NCBI GenBank assembly: GCA_964414675.1
Contig: CAYPYF010000003.1
Span: 11,696 to 75,695, forward strand
Reading direction: 5' to 3'
Length of the DNA: 64,000 nt
DNA from: an uncultured Dehalococcoidaceae bacterium
Lineage (GTDB): Bacteria; Chloroflexota; Dehalococcoidia; UBA2979
The position numbers and the translations under genes are program-made. Positions within the stretch are counted from its first letter, which is position 1. Each line of letters begins with the position of its first letter. Shown here one piece after another: positions 8,019 to 18,631 of the stretch. The notes beneath the pieces are model-generated. The model searched no databases, was not told where the DNA came from, and saw only the letters and a program-made list of their open reading frames with translations.

Positions 8019-8498
8019 CTAGTCGAGCGCGGCGAGTTCGCGCAGGACTGCGGCAGAGTGCAGCACGGCGAAGACCGCTTCGCTGCCCTTGTTCCCCACC
8101 GCGCCGCCGGCGCGCGCCTCGGCCTGCTCGAGGGTGTCTGTCGTCGTGACGCCGAGGGCGATCGGGACGCCGGACTCGAGGGTCGCCTGCATCAGCCCGC
8201 GGGCAGCCTCGCCCGCGACGAAGTCGAAGTGGGGCGTCTCGCCGCGGATGACGCAGCCGATCGCGGCGACGGCGTCGGCCCCATGGCCCTCGGCCAGCTC
8301 CTGCGCGACGAGGGCGAGCTCGAACGCGCCCGCGACCCAGCAGACGGTCACGTCGTCGTCAGCGATGCCCATCTCGTGCGCCGTCGCAAGGGCGCCGTCC
8401 AGCATCTTCTTCGTGATCTGGTCGTTGAACATCGAGACTACGATGCCCAGTTTCAGACCCGTCGCGTCGATCTCGTCCTGCCCGATGACACGCGCCAA
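8019..8498 (-). CDS. ribH: 6,7-dimethyl-8-ribityllumazine synthase
   Basis: Full-length lumazine synthase similarity (LGIVVSMFND...GAFELA...IALGV). Confidence 0.9.
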   Translation of the reverse strand: MARVIGQDEIDATGLKLGIVVSMFNDQITKKMLDGALATAHEMGIADDDVTVCWVAGAFELALVAQELAEGHGADAVAAIGCVIRGETPHFDFVAGEAARGLMQATLESGVPIALGVTTTDTLEQAEARAGGAVGNKGSEAVFAVLHSAAVLRELAALD

Positions 8499-8537
8499 CC
8501 TGACCTCCGACCCTTCGTCCTGTGCCTGGTGGTGCGC

Positions 8538-9881
8538 CTAGGCCTCGAGGCCAGGCATCGGCTGGTCGAGGATGTGCCCCATCTTGTCCCGCTTCGTCTG
8601 CAGGTAGCGGATGTTGTGGGCGTTCGCGGCGACCTCCAGCGGGACGCGCTCGACGACCCGCAGCCCGTAGCCGTCGAGGCCCGCGCCGCGCAGTTCACCG
8701 AACTCGTCCAGCTCCTGGATCTTGATCGGGTTGTTCGTCATCAGCCGCATCTGGCGGACACCGAGGTCCACGAGGATCTGCGCGCCCACGCCGTAGTCGC
8801 GGTTCTCCGCCGGCAGCCCCAGCGCCACGTTCGCCTCGACGGTGTCGAGGCCCTCCTCCTGGAGCTTGTAGGCGCGAAGCTTGTTGTGCAGGCCGATGCC
8901 GCGGCCCTCCTGGTCCATGTAGACCACGACGCCCCGGCCCTCCGCGGCGATGCGCTTCATCGCGGCCTCCAGTTGCTCGCCGCAGTCGCAGCGCAGCGAA
9001 CCGAAGACGTCGCCGGTCACGCACTTGTCGTGGACGCGCACCAGCGTCGGCTCGTCGCCGGAGACGTCGCCCATGACGAACGCCATGTGCTCCTTCTTGT
9101 CGAGGTAGGTCTTGTAGCCGATGGCGCGGAACTCGCCCCACTTCGTCGGCATCTGGGCTTCCTCGACGCGCTCGACGAGGCGCTCGTGCGCCACGCGGTA
9201 CGCGATGAGGTCGGCGACGGTGAGGATCTTCAGGCTGTGCTTGCGCGCGAACCTCTCCAGGTCGGGCATGCGTGCCATCGTGCCGTCGTCCTTGATGATC
9301 TCGCAGACCACCGCGACCGGCTCCAGGCCCGCCATCTCGCAGAGGTCCACGGATGCCTCGGTCTGACCGGCCCGCACGAGGACCCCGCCGGGCTTGGCGC
9401 GGAGCGGGAACACGTGGCCCGGACGCGTGAACGACCGCGGCTGCGACTCCGGGTTCGCCAGCATCTGGATCGTGGTCGCGCGGTCGGCGGCGGAGATGCC
9501 GGTCGTGACGCCTCGCGCGGCTTCGACCGAGATCGTGAATGCGGTGCCGAGGGGAGCCGTGTTCACGTCCGCCATCGGCATCAGGTTCAGCTCGTCAGCG
9601 CGAGCCTCCTGCAGCGGGACGCAGATCAGGCCACGCGCGTGCGTGGCCATGAAGTTCACGTGGTCCGGTGTGCAGAACTGCGCGGCGATGACGATGTCGC
9701 CTTCGTTCTCGCGGTCCTCATCGTCCGTGACGATCACCATCCGGCCGTTGCGGATCTCCTCCACGGCCTCCTCGACGGTCGCTCGCAGGGGCGAGCGCTT
9801 CGGGCGCACCGGCGTCCCCGAGGTCGCTCGGGTCGTCCGGGCGGGGGTGCCGCTCGTGGAGGAGGTCTTCTTCGTCGCCAT
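8538..9881 (-). CDS. ribBA: Bifunctional 3,4-dihydroxy-2-butanone-4-phosphate synthase / GTP cyclohydrolase II
   Basis: DHBP synthase region (RENEGDIV...) followed by GTP cyclohydrolase II region (CDCGEQL...GRGIGL). Confidence 0.9.
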   Translation of the reverse strand: MATKKTSSTSGTPARTTRATSGTPVRPKRSPLRATVEEAVEEIRNGRMVIVTDDEDRENEGDIVIAAQFCTPDHVNFMATHARGLICVPLQEARADELNLMPMADVNTAPLGTAFTISVEAARGVTTGISAADRATTIQMLANPESQPRSFTRPGHVFPLRAKPGGVLVRAGQTEASVDLCEMAGLEPVAVVCEIIKDDGTMARMPDLERFARKHSLKILTVADLIAYRVAHERLVERVEEAQMPTKWGEFRAIGYKTYLDKKEHMAFVMGDVSGDEPTLVRVHDKCVTGDVFGSLRCDCGEQLEAAMKRIAAEGRGVVVYMDQEGRGIGLHNKLRAYKLQEEGLDTVEANVALGLPAENRDYGVGAQILVDLGVRQMRLMTNNPIKIQELDEFGELRGAGLDGYGLRVVERVPLEVAANAHNIRYLQTKRDKMGHILDQPMPGLEA

Positions 9882-9924
9882 CGTGTGCTCCCTGCTCGTC
9901 GACGCCTCGTCGGAGGTCGCCGCG

Positions 9925-10518
9925 CTACGCCCTCGCTGCCTCGCGGGCGTCGAGCAGCTGCTCGATGTAGCGCGCGAAGATATCCGTCTCCAGGTTGATG
10001 CTGTCGCCCGGCTTCCGGTGCCGCAGGTTCGTGTGCTCCTGCGTGTACTGCACCAGCGAGACCGAGAACGACTCCTCGTCCCGCCCCATGACCGTGAGCG
10101 AGATCCCGTCCACGCAGACGGGGCCCTTCATGACGATGTACTTCAGGTACTCCGGGTCGGCCTTGAACCGCGCGATGATCGCCTCGCCTTCGGGCGTCAT
10201 GCTGTCCAGCGTGCACGTCGTCTCCACAACGCCGCGCACGACGTGCCCGGACAGCCGGGTGGCGCCCGTCACGGACCGCTCGAGGTTCACGTGGTCGCCG
10301 GGACCGAACTCGACGAGGTTGGAGCGACGGAACGTCTCCGGCATGACGTCGAACGTCATCGACTCGCCGTCCATGGCGCGGACCGTCAGGTCGACGCCGT
10401 TCACCGCGATGGAGTCGCCGAGCTGCGAGCCCTCGAGGATGGTGTCGCACTCGATCACCAGTACGCCGCCATCGCGCGCGCGGACGCGCCCGACCTCTTC
10501 CACGATCCCCGTGAACAT
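9925..10518 (-). CDS. ribE: Riboflavin synthase alpha subunit
   Basis: [10 protein letters not shown]...[11 protein letters not shown] and the second lumazine-binding repeat. Confidence 0.9.
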   Translation of the reverse strand: MFTGIVEEVGRVRARDGGVLVIECDTILEGSQLGDSIAVNGVDLTVRAMDGESMTFDVMPETFRRSNLVEFGPGDHVNLERSVTGATRLSGHVVRGVVETTCTLDSMTPEGEAIIARFKADPEYLKYIVMKGPVCVDGISLTVMGRDEESFSVSLVQYTQEHTNLRHRKPGDSINLETDIFARYIEQLLDAREAARA

Positions 10519-10520
10519 GG

Positions 10521-11660
10521 CTACCCCCTCGTCGGACTCTCTGTGCTGGTGGCGTCCGGCCAGACCGGTACGCCCGAGATGAGAGTGTCCTCCCCGAGCC
10601 GCTCGACGGTCACGTCGCGCAGCCGGGGAGCATCCGCCATCACCTGTGCGCCGATCCCGCTCACCGGGGAGGGGGCGTCGGCTGCGCCAATGATGACGGG
10701 CGCAATAACAGCATACAGGCGGTCGACCCGTCGTTGATCGAACAGCGTGCCCAGCAGCGTCCCGCCACCCTCCACCAGCAGCGTGAGGATCCCACGCTCG
10801 CCGAGCGTATCGAGCAGGCCACCCAACGAGACATAACTCCCGTCCGAGGGCAGCGCGACCACGTCAGCGCCCGTCGCGACGATCGCCCTCGTCCACGCGG
10901 AGGTCGCGCCGCGCGTCGTCACCACCAGCGCGCCGGGGCCGAGGAGGCGGGCGGTGGCGGGCAGTCGCCCGCGCGAGTCGAGCACGATCCGGAGCGGCTG
11001 GTGGGGATCCTCGACGCCGCTCGGTCGGGCGGTCAGCTCCGGGTCATCGACGAGGGCGGTGCCTGAGCCCACCACGATCGCGTCCACCTTTGTCCGGAAT
11101 CCGTGCACCCACTCGCGTGCCTCCGGCCCGGAGACCCAGCGGGCGTCTCCGGATCCGGAGGCGATGCGTCCGTCCACGCTCGCGGCGTACTTCACCAGCA
11201 CCAGCGGCCGGCCGGTCGCGCGGTGGTGCAGGTAGCCCTCCATCACGCGGGCGGCCTCGGCCGCACCGTCGCCCGAGGTCACGTCCAGTCCCGCATTCCG
11301 GAGTCGAGCGGCGCCGCTACCGGCTACGAGGGGGTTCGGGTCGTCCGTCGCGTAGTGCACGGCGGCGACACCGGCTTCGATGATCGCCTCGGTGCAGGGT
11401 GGCGTGCGCCCCTGGTGGTTGTGCGGCTCCAGCGTGACGTACATCGTCGCGCCGCGCGCCGCCGGACCGGCCTCGCGCAGCGCCATCACCTCGGCGTGGG
11501 CGCCACCGGGCGGCTGCGTGTGACCACGCCCGACGATGCGTCCCTCCCGCACGAGGACGGCGCCCACGGCCGGGTTCGGCGAGGTCGTGCCGAGCGCGGC
11601 CTCCGCTTCGTCCAGGGCGGCGCGCATGAACTCGGACGGGGAGGAGAGGGGAGCGGTCAT
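10521..11660 (-). CDS. ribD: Bifunctional diaminohydroxyphosphoribosylaminopyrimidine deaminase / 5-amino-6-(5-phosphoribosylamino)uracil reductase
   Basis: Deaminase HAEV...PC motif plus a C-terminal reductase domain. Confidence 0.9.
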   Translation of the reverse strand: MTAPLSSPSEFMRAALDEAEAALGTTSPNPAVGAVLVREGRIVGRGHTQPPGGAHAEVMALREAGPAARGATMYVTLEPHNHQGRTPPCTEAIIEAGVAAVHYATDDPNPLVAGSGAARLRNAGLDVTSGDGAAEAARVMEGYLHHRATGRPLVLVKYAASVDGRIASGSGDARWVSGPEAREWVHGFRTKVDAIVVGSGTALVDDPELTARPSGVEDPHQPLRIVLDSRGRLPATARLLGPGALVVTTRGATSAWTRAIVATGADVVALPSDGSYVSLGGLLDTLGERGILTLLVEGGGTLLGTLFDQRRVDRLYAVIAPVIIGAADAPSPVSGIGAQVMADAPRLRDVTVERLGEDTLISGVPVWPDATSTESPTRG

Positions 11661-11676
11661 CGTGCCGCCACCTGGC

Positions 11677-12273
11677 CTAGCGGGCGCCGCTGCTTGGAGC
11701 GCCGCCGGGGCCTTGGTAGTCGCGGTAGATGCGGCTCGCCGTCGGCCGGTCCTGTCCCTGGTAGCGAGACTTCAGTTCCGGGTGCCCGTATGGGCGATCA
11801 GCAGCGGTCGTCAGGTTCTGGAACGACAGCTGGCCGATCTTCATGTCGTAGTACAGGCGGATCGGCAGCGTCGCGACGTTCGACAGCTCCATCGTCAGGT
11901 GGCCCTCGAACCCCGGGTCCACGAACCCGGCCGTCGCGTGCACGAGCAGACCGAGGCGTCCCAGTGACGACTTGCCCTCCACGCGCGCAACGAGGTCGTC
12001 GCCGAGCTTCACCCGCTCGACCGTCGAGCCCAGGACGAACTCACCGGGGTGCAGGATGAACGGCTCGTCGTCCGCGATCTCCTCGGGCTCGGTGAGCTCG
12101 GGCATCTCCTCGCGGATGTCGATGTACGGCTGGCGGTGGTTCCGGAAGACACGGAAGTACCGGTCCAGACGGATGTCCAGGGACGCCGGCTGCAGCGCGT
12201 TGTCGCCCAGGGGATCGACGATGAGGCGGCCCGACTCCAGGGCCTCACGGATCGAACGGTCGCTCAGTACCAA
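11677..12273 (-). CDS. dcd: dCTP deaminase
   Basis: Full-length Dcd similarity ([12 protein letters not shown]...LDIRL...). Confidence 0.85.
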   Translation of the reverse strand: MVLSDRSIREALESGRLIVDPLGDNALQPASLDIRLDRYFRVFRNHRQPYIDIREEMPELTEPEEIADDEPFILHPGEFVLGSTVERVKLGDDLVARVEGKSSLGRLGLLVHATAGFVDPGFEGHLTMELSNVATLPIRLYYDMKIGQLSFQNLTTAADRPYGHPELKSRYQGQDRPTASRIYRDYQGPGGAPSSGAR

Positions 12274-12513
12274 CGGGAATCCTCATTCGGCGGGGAGGGA
12301 CGCCGGATCGTGCCGAGCGTACCACCGCCCCCGTATTCGGTCGCTCTAGCCGATGCCGCACCACGCGATGACGGCGTGGATCCCGGCCCCCGCCGCAGCA
12401 CTCGCCGGCATCACCGCGAGGGCCAGCGCGACCGCGTTGGCGGCCGCGACCCAGCCGACGAGCCGGAGCATCCGCCACGGACCAGGGTCGTCAGCCCGCG
12501 CCTCGGACCCCAC

Positions 12514-14172
12514 TCAGGCGACCCGGCGTTCCTGGTAGGCGATGGCGTCGCCAACGTGCCGCGTCTCCCACTCGTCCACCACGCGGACGAAGGCGTCCAC
12601 GCAGTCCGGATCAAAGTGCGAGCCGAGGCCGTCCAGGATGATCGGCACCGCGTTGTCCCGCGAGAACGCCGGCCGATACGACCGGTTCGACCGGAGCGCG
12701 TCGTAGACGTCCGCCACCGCTGCGATGCGCGCCTCGAGGGGGATCGAGGTGCCGCTGAGGCCCTCCGGGTAGCCGAGGCCGTCCCAGCGCTCGTGGTGGT
12801 AGCGGATCACGTTCGCCTCCACCTTCTGGTCGAAGTGGTTCCGGAGCATCTCGGAGCCCCGTGCGGGGTGCTCCTTGATCACGGCGTACTCGTCGTCTGA
12901 CAGCCCCGCCGGCTTGTGCAGCACGGCGTCCGGGATGCCGATCTTGCCGACGTCGTGCAGGAGGCTGCCCGCGGCGATCGCGCGCAACTGCCGAGGCGTG
13001 ACGCGCATCTCCTGGCCGATCAGGACCGCCAGCGCCGCGACGCGCTCGCCGTGGCCCAGCGTGTAGCCGTCACGCGCCTCCAGGGCTGCCGACAGCGCGA
13101 CCACGGGCTCCGCAAATCCGGAGCGCAGCTGCTGGAGGACGTCCGAGACCGTCAGCGACTCGAGCGACCGCACCGTGTGCCCTCGCGAGAACTCGATCAC
13201 CACACCCCAGAAGATCGCCGCGAAGCCAGCGAGCAACTGCACGTGGTACAGCCAGAACGTCCCACTCCACGTCGCGCCGAACTGGATCGAGAACTGGGCT
13301 TCCACGATCAGGACCGCGCCGATGGCGGCCGCACCGTGCAGCTGGATCCCGGAGAAGCGGTACGACATGCCGAAGCGGACAGCCGTGGTCAGGCCGAGCA
13401 CCGCGACGACCGAGGTGGACGTGAACGAGGCAGCACTGCTGCCCACGAGCACCGTCGGGACGAGCCACGGCGCGAGGAACGCGAGCGCCGCGTACCCGGC
13501 GACCGCGACGATGCCGGTCGTGAGCAGCAGGTGACGCCGCCGTGTCAGCCACCGCTCGACCGAGGTCGGCCACCGCATCGCGGCGATCGCGAGCAACGTG
13601 ATCGAGGACAGGATCGCGAGCCGGGAGGAGACACCGGTCACGTTGTAGAAGCGGCTCTGTGTCGCGGACGGCGTCGCCTCGACAGGCGTGGGGTTGTTTG
13701 CGTTCGGGAAGTACGAGTCCAGGTACGTCGACGCGGTCGATGCACTCGCCGAGGACTGCGCACCGCTGCCGTACTCGGAGGCGTCATATCCACCACCGGC
13801 GTCCGCCGCAACGCCCGACGTCGTGCCGGCCGCAGGTACCAGGGCCGGCCCTTGCGAGGTCGTAGCGGGGCTGCTGACGATGAATCCCGGTGTGGCGAGG
13901 CCATGCACCGAGAAGATGCCGGCCATCGCGATGAACGACAGCGAGATCAGCGTGACGCGCCAGTTGGCGGTCCGGCGGCCTGCGATCGCGGCGGCCAGCG
14001 CCAGCACGGCGCACAGGAGGGCGGCCGCGCTCACGATCCAGAAGTGCCCGGTCGGGCTGTTCCACGACCAGCCGACCCCGCCGTGTTCGCGGGACTGGAA
14101 CGTGATGAACGTGACCGTGGATGCTCCGACAAGGATCAGCCAGGGCATCACGTTAGGCAGTGCTCGGCGCAT
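12514..14172 (-). CDS. Membrane-bound HD-GYP domain protein (putative c-di-GMP phosphodiesterase). The longest ORF extends to 14349; Met at 14172 is the preferred start
   Basis: Multiple TM helices followed by HD...GYP motifs (LHDVGKIGIPD, HHERWDGLGYPEGL). Confidence 0.75.
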   Translation of the reverse strand: MRRALPNVMPWLILVGASTVTFITFQSREHGGVGWSWNSPTGHFWIVSAAALLCAVLALAAAIAGRRTANWRVTLISLSFIAMAGIFSVHGLATPGFIVSSPATTSQGPALVPAAGTTSGVAADAGGGYDASEYGSGAQSSASASTASTYLDSYFPNANNPTPVEATPSATQSRFYNVTGVSSRLAILSSITLLAIAAMRWPTSVERWLTRRRHLLLTTGIVAVAGYAALAFLAPWLVPTVLVGSSAASFTSTSVVAVLGLTTAVRFGMSYRFSGIQLHGAAAIGAVLIVEAQFSIQFGATWSGTFWLYHVQLLAGFAAIFWGVVIEFSRGHTVRSLESLTVSDVLQQLRSGFAEPVVALSAALEARDGYTLGHGERVAALAVLIGQEMRVTPRQLRAIAAGSLLHDVGKIGIPDAVLHKPAGLSDDEYAVIKEHPARGSEMLRNHFDQKVEANVIRYHHERWDGLGYPEGLSGTSIPLEARIAAVADVYDALRSNRSYRPAFSRDNAVPIILDGLGSHFDPDCVDAFVRVVDEWETRHVGDAIAYQERRVA

Positions 14173-14273
14173 TGAATCCCCCGTTGTGTCAGGGGAATCA
14201 TCGGCGAGTTTTCCGCGACCCTTAGGGGAGTCGCACCCATCTTCCGTAAGCGCGGAGATGTTCGGGAACCGAA

Positions 14274-14351
14274 GAGGCCGCCCCCGGACGCGTTGTGGCG
14301 TGGGGGCGGCCTCCGTCGTGTGGGCCGATGGGCGGGCGCCGAGGCCCACAC
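14274..14351. terminator. Two tandem GC-rich hairpins (12-bp and 9-bp stems) downstream of the SIMPL gene
   Basis: GAGGCCGCCCCC...GGGGGCGGCCTC and GTGTGGGCC...GGCCCACAC read from the sequence. Coordinates are approximate. Confidence 0.4.
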
Positions 14352-14363
14352 GGACTGCCGAGA

Positions 14364-15194
14364 CTACTCGGTGATGGCGAACACCACCGAGACGTAGACG
14401 CGCAGTTCCTGCTCGCCTGGGTTGACCGGGGTCGCGCCGCCGAGGCCGCCCTCCATGCGGGCGTCCGCGGCCGGGTAGTAGATGTCGCCGCCGAAGTTCG
14501 TGGACTCGTTGATGCTGATCGCCGTGCCCAGCTTCACGCCGGCCGCCTCCGCGAGGACCTCGGCCTTGGCACGGGCGTCCGTGACGGCCTCGCGGCGGGC
14601 GTCGCCCAGGAACTCGTCGGGGTCCTCCACCGTGAAGGTGATGCCGTTCACGCGGACCGCGTCGCCGCCCGCCTCGATCGAGGCGTCCAGCACCGCGGAG
14701 ACCGAGTCCAGGTTGCGGACCTTCACCTGCACCTGGTTCGAGACGACGTACCCGATGATCTGCGGGCCGCTGCTCTCGGAGTAGTTGTACTGCGGGTAGA
14801 TGTTGAAGTACTGGGTCTGGATGTCCTCGTCGGCGACGCCCTCGTCACCCATGGCGTCCTGCATCGCCTGCATCGCGTCCGCCGCCTCGTCGCGGGCGCC
14901 CGCGACCGTCTCCGCTGTCACCTCGATGCCGAGGTTGACGAGCGCGATGTCCGGCCGCACCGAGACGGTGCCTTCGCCGGAGACGGCGATGCCCTGCGCG
15001 GCCGTGCCGTCATTGCCGGCGACGGTGACCTCCGTGGTGGGGGTGCACGCCACGCCCAGCGCGAGGATCGCGCCGGCGCCGGCGAGGAGCGCGCCGCGTC
15101 TGACGCGACGACTCCACTGGATGGGGTTCAACTGGTCCGGGTTCACTCTGGTGCCTCTTTCGTACGAGCCGGGTCGGATGACCGGGCGAGGCAC
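14364..15194 (-). CDS. SIMPL-domain (DUF541) secreted protein
   Basis: Signal/TM N-terminus and SIMPL-type C-terminal region. Confidence 0.65.
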   Translation of the reverse strand: MPRPVIRPGSYERGTRVNPDQLNPIQWSRRVRRGALLAGAGAILALGVACTPTTEVTVAGNDGTAAQGIAVSGEGTVSVRPDIALVNLGIEVTAETVAGARDEAADAMQAMQDAMGDEGVADEDIQTQYFNIYPQYNYSESSGPQIIGYVVSNQVQVKVRNLDSVSAVLDASIEAGGDAVRVNGITFTVEDPDEFLGDARREAVTDARAKAEVLAEAAGVKLGTAISINESTNFGGDIYYPAADARMEGGLGGATPVNPGEQELRVYVSVVFAITE

Positions 15195-15202
15195 GCGCCC
15201 CG

Positions 15203-16096
15203 CTACCGGGTCTGGCTGGTCTGGCCGTCCGAGCGTCGAACCCAGGCCGTGAGTGCTGACAGGGCTGCCAGCAGTGCGGCGAGGGCTCCCAGCCCGAGGG
15301 CCATGCCTCCTGCACCCTGAGACGAATTCTCGAGAAGTTCGGTTCCCGTCGCGAGCGGCCGCAGCTCCTCGGTGTTCCGGGCGCCCTCCGCCTGCACCTC
15401 CGCGCCCTGGGGCTCGACTCCGCCGCCCATGCCGCCGCCGGCGCCCCCGCCGGGCGCGTCGGCACTCGGCGCCGGCGCTCCGCCCGGCTGGACGTCGTTC
15501 CCCGCGCCCCCGTCGGCGCCGTCATCGTCGGAGGTGTCCCCGTCGGCCGGGGCGGGTGCCGCGAGGCCGGTCGCACCGATCTCGGCGCCGCCGTCGCCCT
15601 TCTGCGTCTCCTCCGCTGCCGCCAGCGATGCGCCGCTCTCCGCTGCGCCCTGAGCGCTGCGGAGCGTCGTCGCCGCGGTGTCGAACGCGAGGTTCGAGGT
15701 GGGGTTCGAGGTGGGGTTCGACACCGGCGTGCCGCCGGGATCGTTCACCACCGCGACCAGGAAGAACAGCGCCGCGACCGCCGCCGAGGCGCGCATGAAC
15801 ATCTCCGTGCGGCGGAAGAGCGCCAGTGGCGTCCGCGCGGATCGCGCGGAGGGCTCGGCCGGGATCGCGAACGACCGCGGCGCGCGCACCTCGCCCAGCG
15901 CGCCGAAGGCGCTGCGCACCAGGCGCAGGTCGCCCAGGACCTCCGCGGCCGCAGCGTCGCGCGCGATCAGCGACTCGACCTCGGCCGCGTCGGCCTCGGT
16001 CAACTCGCCGTCGATGTACGCCGACAACTGCTCCAGCACGCGGTCTTGCGCCGTGCTCGCGTCGTCGTCTCGTCGTCTCCAGAACATCAGGTTCAC
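15203..16096 (-). CDS. Anti-sigma factor (zf-HC2-like N-terminus, single TM)
   Basis: N-terminal LSAYIDGELT motif, a TM helix, and a start overlapping the ECF sigma stop (ATGA). Confidence 0.65.
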   Translation of the reverse strand: MNLMFWRRRDDDASTAQDRVLEQLSAYIDGELTEADAAEVESLIARDAAAAEVLGDLRLVRSAFGALGEVRAPRSFAIPAEPSARSARTPLALFRRTEMFMRASAAVAALFFLVAVVNDPGGTPVSNPTSNPTSNLAFDTAATTLRSAQGAAESGASLAAAEETQKGDGGAEIGATGLAAPAPADGDTSDDDGADGGAGNDVQPGGAPAPSADAPGGGAGGGMGGGVEPQGAEVQAEGARNTEELRPLATGTELLENSSQGAGGMALGLGALAALLAALSALTAWVRRSDGQTSQTR

Positions 16097-16743
16097 CGCC
16101 TGACTCCTAGACGCTCCACGGCTTCGGAGAGTTCCCGCGACTCGATGATGACCTCGCGCAATCTCCCTCGCGCGCGGCTCAGCCGAGATTTCACCGTCCC
16201 CAGCGCCAGCCCTGTGGTCTCCGCGATCTCTCGATAGTCCAGGCCGTGGATGTCGGAGAGCACCACCAGCTCGCGCCAGTCATCCGGCAGCGTCATCAGC
16301 GCCTGCTCGAGCGCCACCCGCATCTCGCCGCGCTCCGCCTCGTCCTCCGGGGAGGGTTCGTCGCCCGGCGGGTCGAGGTCCGGGGGGTCCGGGTCGTCGC
16401 GGGCCTCGTCCAGGCTGCGCGCGGGGCGGCGGGCGCGTCGGCGCAACTCGTCGCGCGCCTGGTTCGCGGCGATGGTGAACACCCAGGACCGGAAGGAGCC
16501 TCCGCGGAACGTGTCGATGCGTTGCCACGCCTTGATGAAGGCGTCCTGCGTCGCATCCTCGGCGGCCTGGGACGATCCGAGCATGCGCAGGGTGAGGCTG
16601 TAGATGCCGTCCTGGAAGCGGGCGACCAGCGCGTTGAACGCCTGCAGCTCCCCCGCCCGGGCGCGTTCCACCAGCGCGTCGAGGACCTCGTCGCTGCCGG
16701 TGCCGGTGCCGGGTGATGGAGTGGGGGAGGCGCTGCTGGTCAT
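16093..16743 (-). CDS. ECF-family RNA polymerase sigma-70 factor
   Basis: Sigma-70 region 2 (DATQDAFIKAW) and region 4 (LDYREIAETTGLALGTVKSRL). Start assigned to the internal Met at 16743. Confidence 0.8.
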   Translation of the reverse strand: MTSSASPTPSPGTGTGSDEVLDALVERARAGELQAFNALVARFQDGIYSLTLRMLGSSQAAEDATQDAFIKAWQRIDTFRGGSFRSWVFTIAANQARDELRRRARRPARSLDEARDDPDPPDLDPPGDEPSPEDEAERGEMRVALEQALMTLPDDWRELVVLSDIHGLDYREIAETTGLALGTVKSRLSRARGRLREVIIESRELSEAVERLGVRR

Positions 16744-16886
16744 GTGCCGATCGGTGCCGCGAGGGCAGTGCGGTTCGCCCCCCAGCCGCAGGCCGAGCGT
16801 AGCATGCAGGTCGGCTACGTTCGGGGTGCGTGACGCACCCGTGGAGGGCGATCGCGAGCTCGCGCCCGAGGGCCAGAGGAGCACCG

Positions 16887-17717
16887 ATGCCGTTGTCCGG
16901 CGGACACGAGTTGCTGGCCGCCGCGGAGCGCGGCGGGTACGCCGTCCCCGGGTTCAACGTCTCCAACATCGAGATGATCCGAGGCGTCCTCGATGCCGCC
17001 GAGGCGAAGCGCGCCGGGATCTTCCTGCAGTTCAACCCCTCCAACCTGGACCACATGGGTGGGGTGGAGGTGGCCGCGGCCACGGCGCGCGCGTTCATCG
17101 CGACGGCCGGCGTCCCCGTTGCGCTCCACCTCGACCACGGCCCCAGCGTCGACCTCGTGCGTCACGCCATGCGCCAGGGGTTCACGTCCCTGATGTTCGA
17201 TGGCTCCACGTTTCCGCTGGAGCGGAACCGCCGCGAGACGATGCAGGCGTACGCCGTCGCGCAGGAGTTCCGCCTCGCGCTGGAGGCGGAACTGGGGCAC
17301 GTCGGCGGGCGCGAGCCCGGTGTCGCCACCTCGGAGCGCGTGCTCACCGATCCGGAGGCCGCCGCCCGGTTCGTGGAGGAGACCCGCGTCGACTCGCTCG
17401 CGGTCTCCGTGGGCACCGCGCACGGCCTCGCCGGTGAGGTGGACCTCGCGCTCCTCGACGAGATCCGGGCCGCCGTGCGGGGCCTCCCGCTCGTCCTCCA
17501 TGGGGGCTCCGGCGTCACCCCGGCCGACATGCGCCTCGCCGTCGCGCATGGGATCCGGAAGGTGAACATCAGCAGTGAGCTCCACGCCGCGTTTGCGCGC
17601 GCCCTGCAAGGAGCCTCCGGGAGCGACCCGCGCCCGGCCCTCCGCGCCGCCCGCGAAGCCGTCGCACAGGTCGCGGAGGACCGCATCGACCTGCTGGGAG
17701 CGGCCTACTCGGCATAG
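16887..17717 (+). CDS. Class II ketose/fructose-bisphosphate aldolase family protein
   Basis: GYAVPGFNV...LHLDHG... class II aldolase motifs. Confidence 0.75.
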   Translation: MPLSGGHELLAAAERGGYAVPGFNVSNIEMIRGVLDAAEAKRAGIFLQFNPSNLDHMGGVEVAAATARAFIATAGVPVALHLDHGPSVDLVRHAMRQGFTSLMFDGSTFPLERNRRETMQAYAVAQEFRLALEAELGHVGGREPGVATSERVLTDPEAAARFVEETRVDSLAVSVGTAHGLAGEVDLALLDEIRAAVRGLPLVLHGGSGVTPADMRLAVAHGIRKVNISSELHAAFARALQGASGSDPRPALRAAREAVAQVAEDRIDLLGAAYSA

Positions 17718-17734
17718 ATGCCCTCACCGGGCGG

Positions 17735-18631
17735 GTGCCTATACTCGGATCGATGTCCTTCCTCACACCTCCCCCGTCGGATGACGAGCCTTCGCACGAC
17801 GGCGAGACGAGCACCTCGGCAGGTTGGAGCACACCCCCCGCCTCGGACCGCGCCCCCGGCTCCGTCTCGCCGTGGGCCGCCTCGCCCGCGCCTGCCACCG
17901 CGCTGGAAGGCGAGCAGATCTCCCACGCCGGACTGACCTCGGTCGATCCGTGGTCGACACGCCAGCCCTGGCACCACGCGATCTGGCCGTGGGGCCTCGG
18001 CGGCGTCATCGAGACGCTCGACGTCGTGATCCTCGCCCTGATGATGTTCCTGTGCGTCCGCTTCGTTGCGCACAACTACATCGTCGACGGCGCCTCGATG
18101 GTCCCGACGTTCGAGGACAGTGACTTCCTCATCGTGAACCGCCTCGCGTACCGCTCGTTCGACTTCTCGTGGATCCCCGGCGTCGACGAGGACGAGTGGC
18201 GCCCGTTCGGCGGCCCCAGGCCAGGCGACGTGATCGTCTTCATCTACCAGGAGCAGCCGACGGAGCGCGACTTCATCAAGCGCGTCATCGCGCTGCCCGG
18301 TCAGACCGTCCAGGTCACCGGGGGGACCGTCTACGTGGACGACACACCCCTGGACGAGTCCTACATCGCACAGCCGCCGAACTACGAGTACCCGCTGACG
18401 GTCGTCGAGCCCGGGACGCTCTTCGTGCTGGGCGACAACCGCAACAACTCGTTCGACTCCCACGCGTTCGGCCCCATCCCTGCGGAGTCCGTCGTTGGTC
18501 GCGCAGACCTGCGGTACTGGCCCGTCTCGCGATGGGGGTTCATCGATCACGTCCTGGGTGATGGCAACGGCACCGGCGCCGCGGGTCGGCTCGGGCAGGC
18601 CGGAGAGGGGCTCGCGTCAGCATGGTGGTAG
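17735..18631 (+). CDS. lepB: Signal peptidase I
   Basis: S26 motifs GASMVPT and GDNRNNSFDSH. Confidence 0.85.
   Translation: MPILGSMSFLTPPPSDDEPSHDGETSTSAGWSTPPASDRAPGSVSPWAASPAPATALEGEQISHAGLTSVDPWSTRQPWHHAIWPWGLGGVIETLDVVILALMMFLCVRFVAHNYIVDGASMVPTFEDSDFLIVNRLAYRSFDFSWIPGVDEDEWRPFGGPRPGDVIVFIYQEQPTERDFIKRVIALPGQTVQVTGGTVYVDDTPLDESYIAQPPNYEYPLTVVEPGTLFVLGDNRNNSFDSHAFGPIPAESVVGRADLRYWPVSRWGFIDHVLGDGNGTGAAGRLGQAGEGLASAWW

Noticed and set aside
7743-9998. 751-aa plus-strand ORF overlapping ribH and ribBA
   Set aside because: It is antisense to two highly conserved riboflavin genes. It has low-complexity Arg/Asp/Gly/Leu composition typical of GC-driven shadow ORFs.
12274-12513. Possible FMN riboswitch upstream of dcd/rib genes
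   Set aside because: I could not find the conserved FMN-element core sequences (GGGCAGGGTGAAATTCCC-like and GTCCGGATG-like segments) on the transcribed strand.
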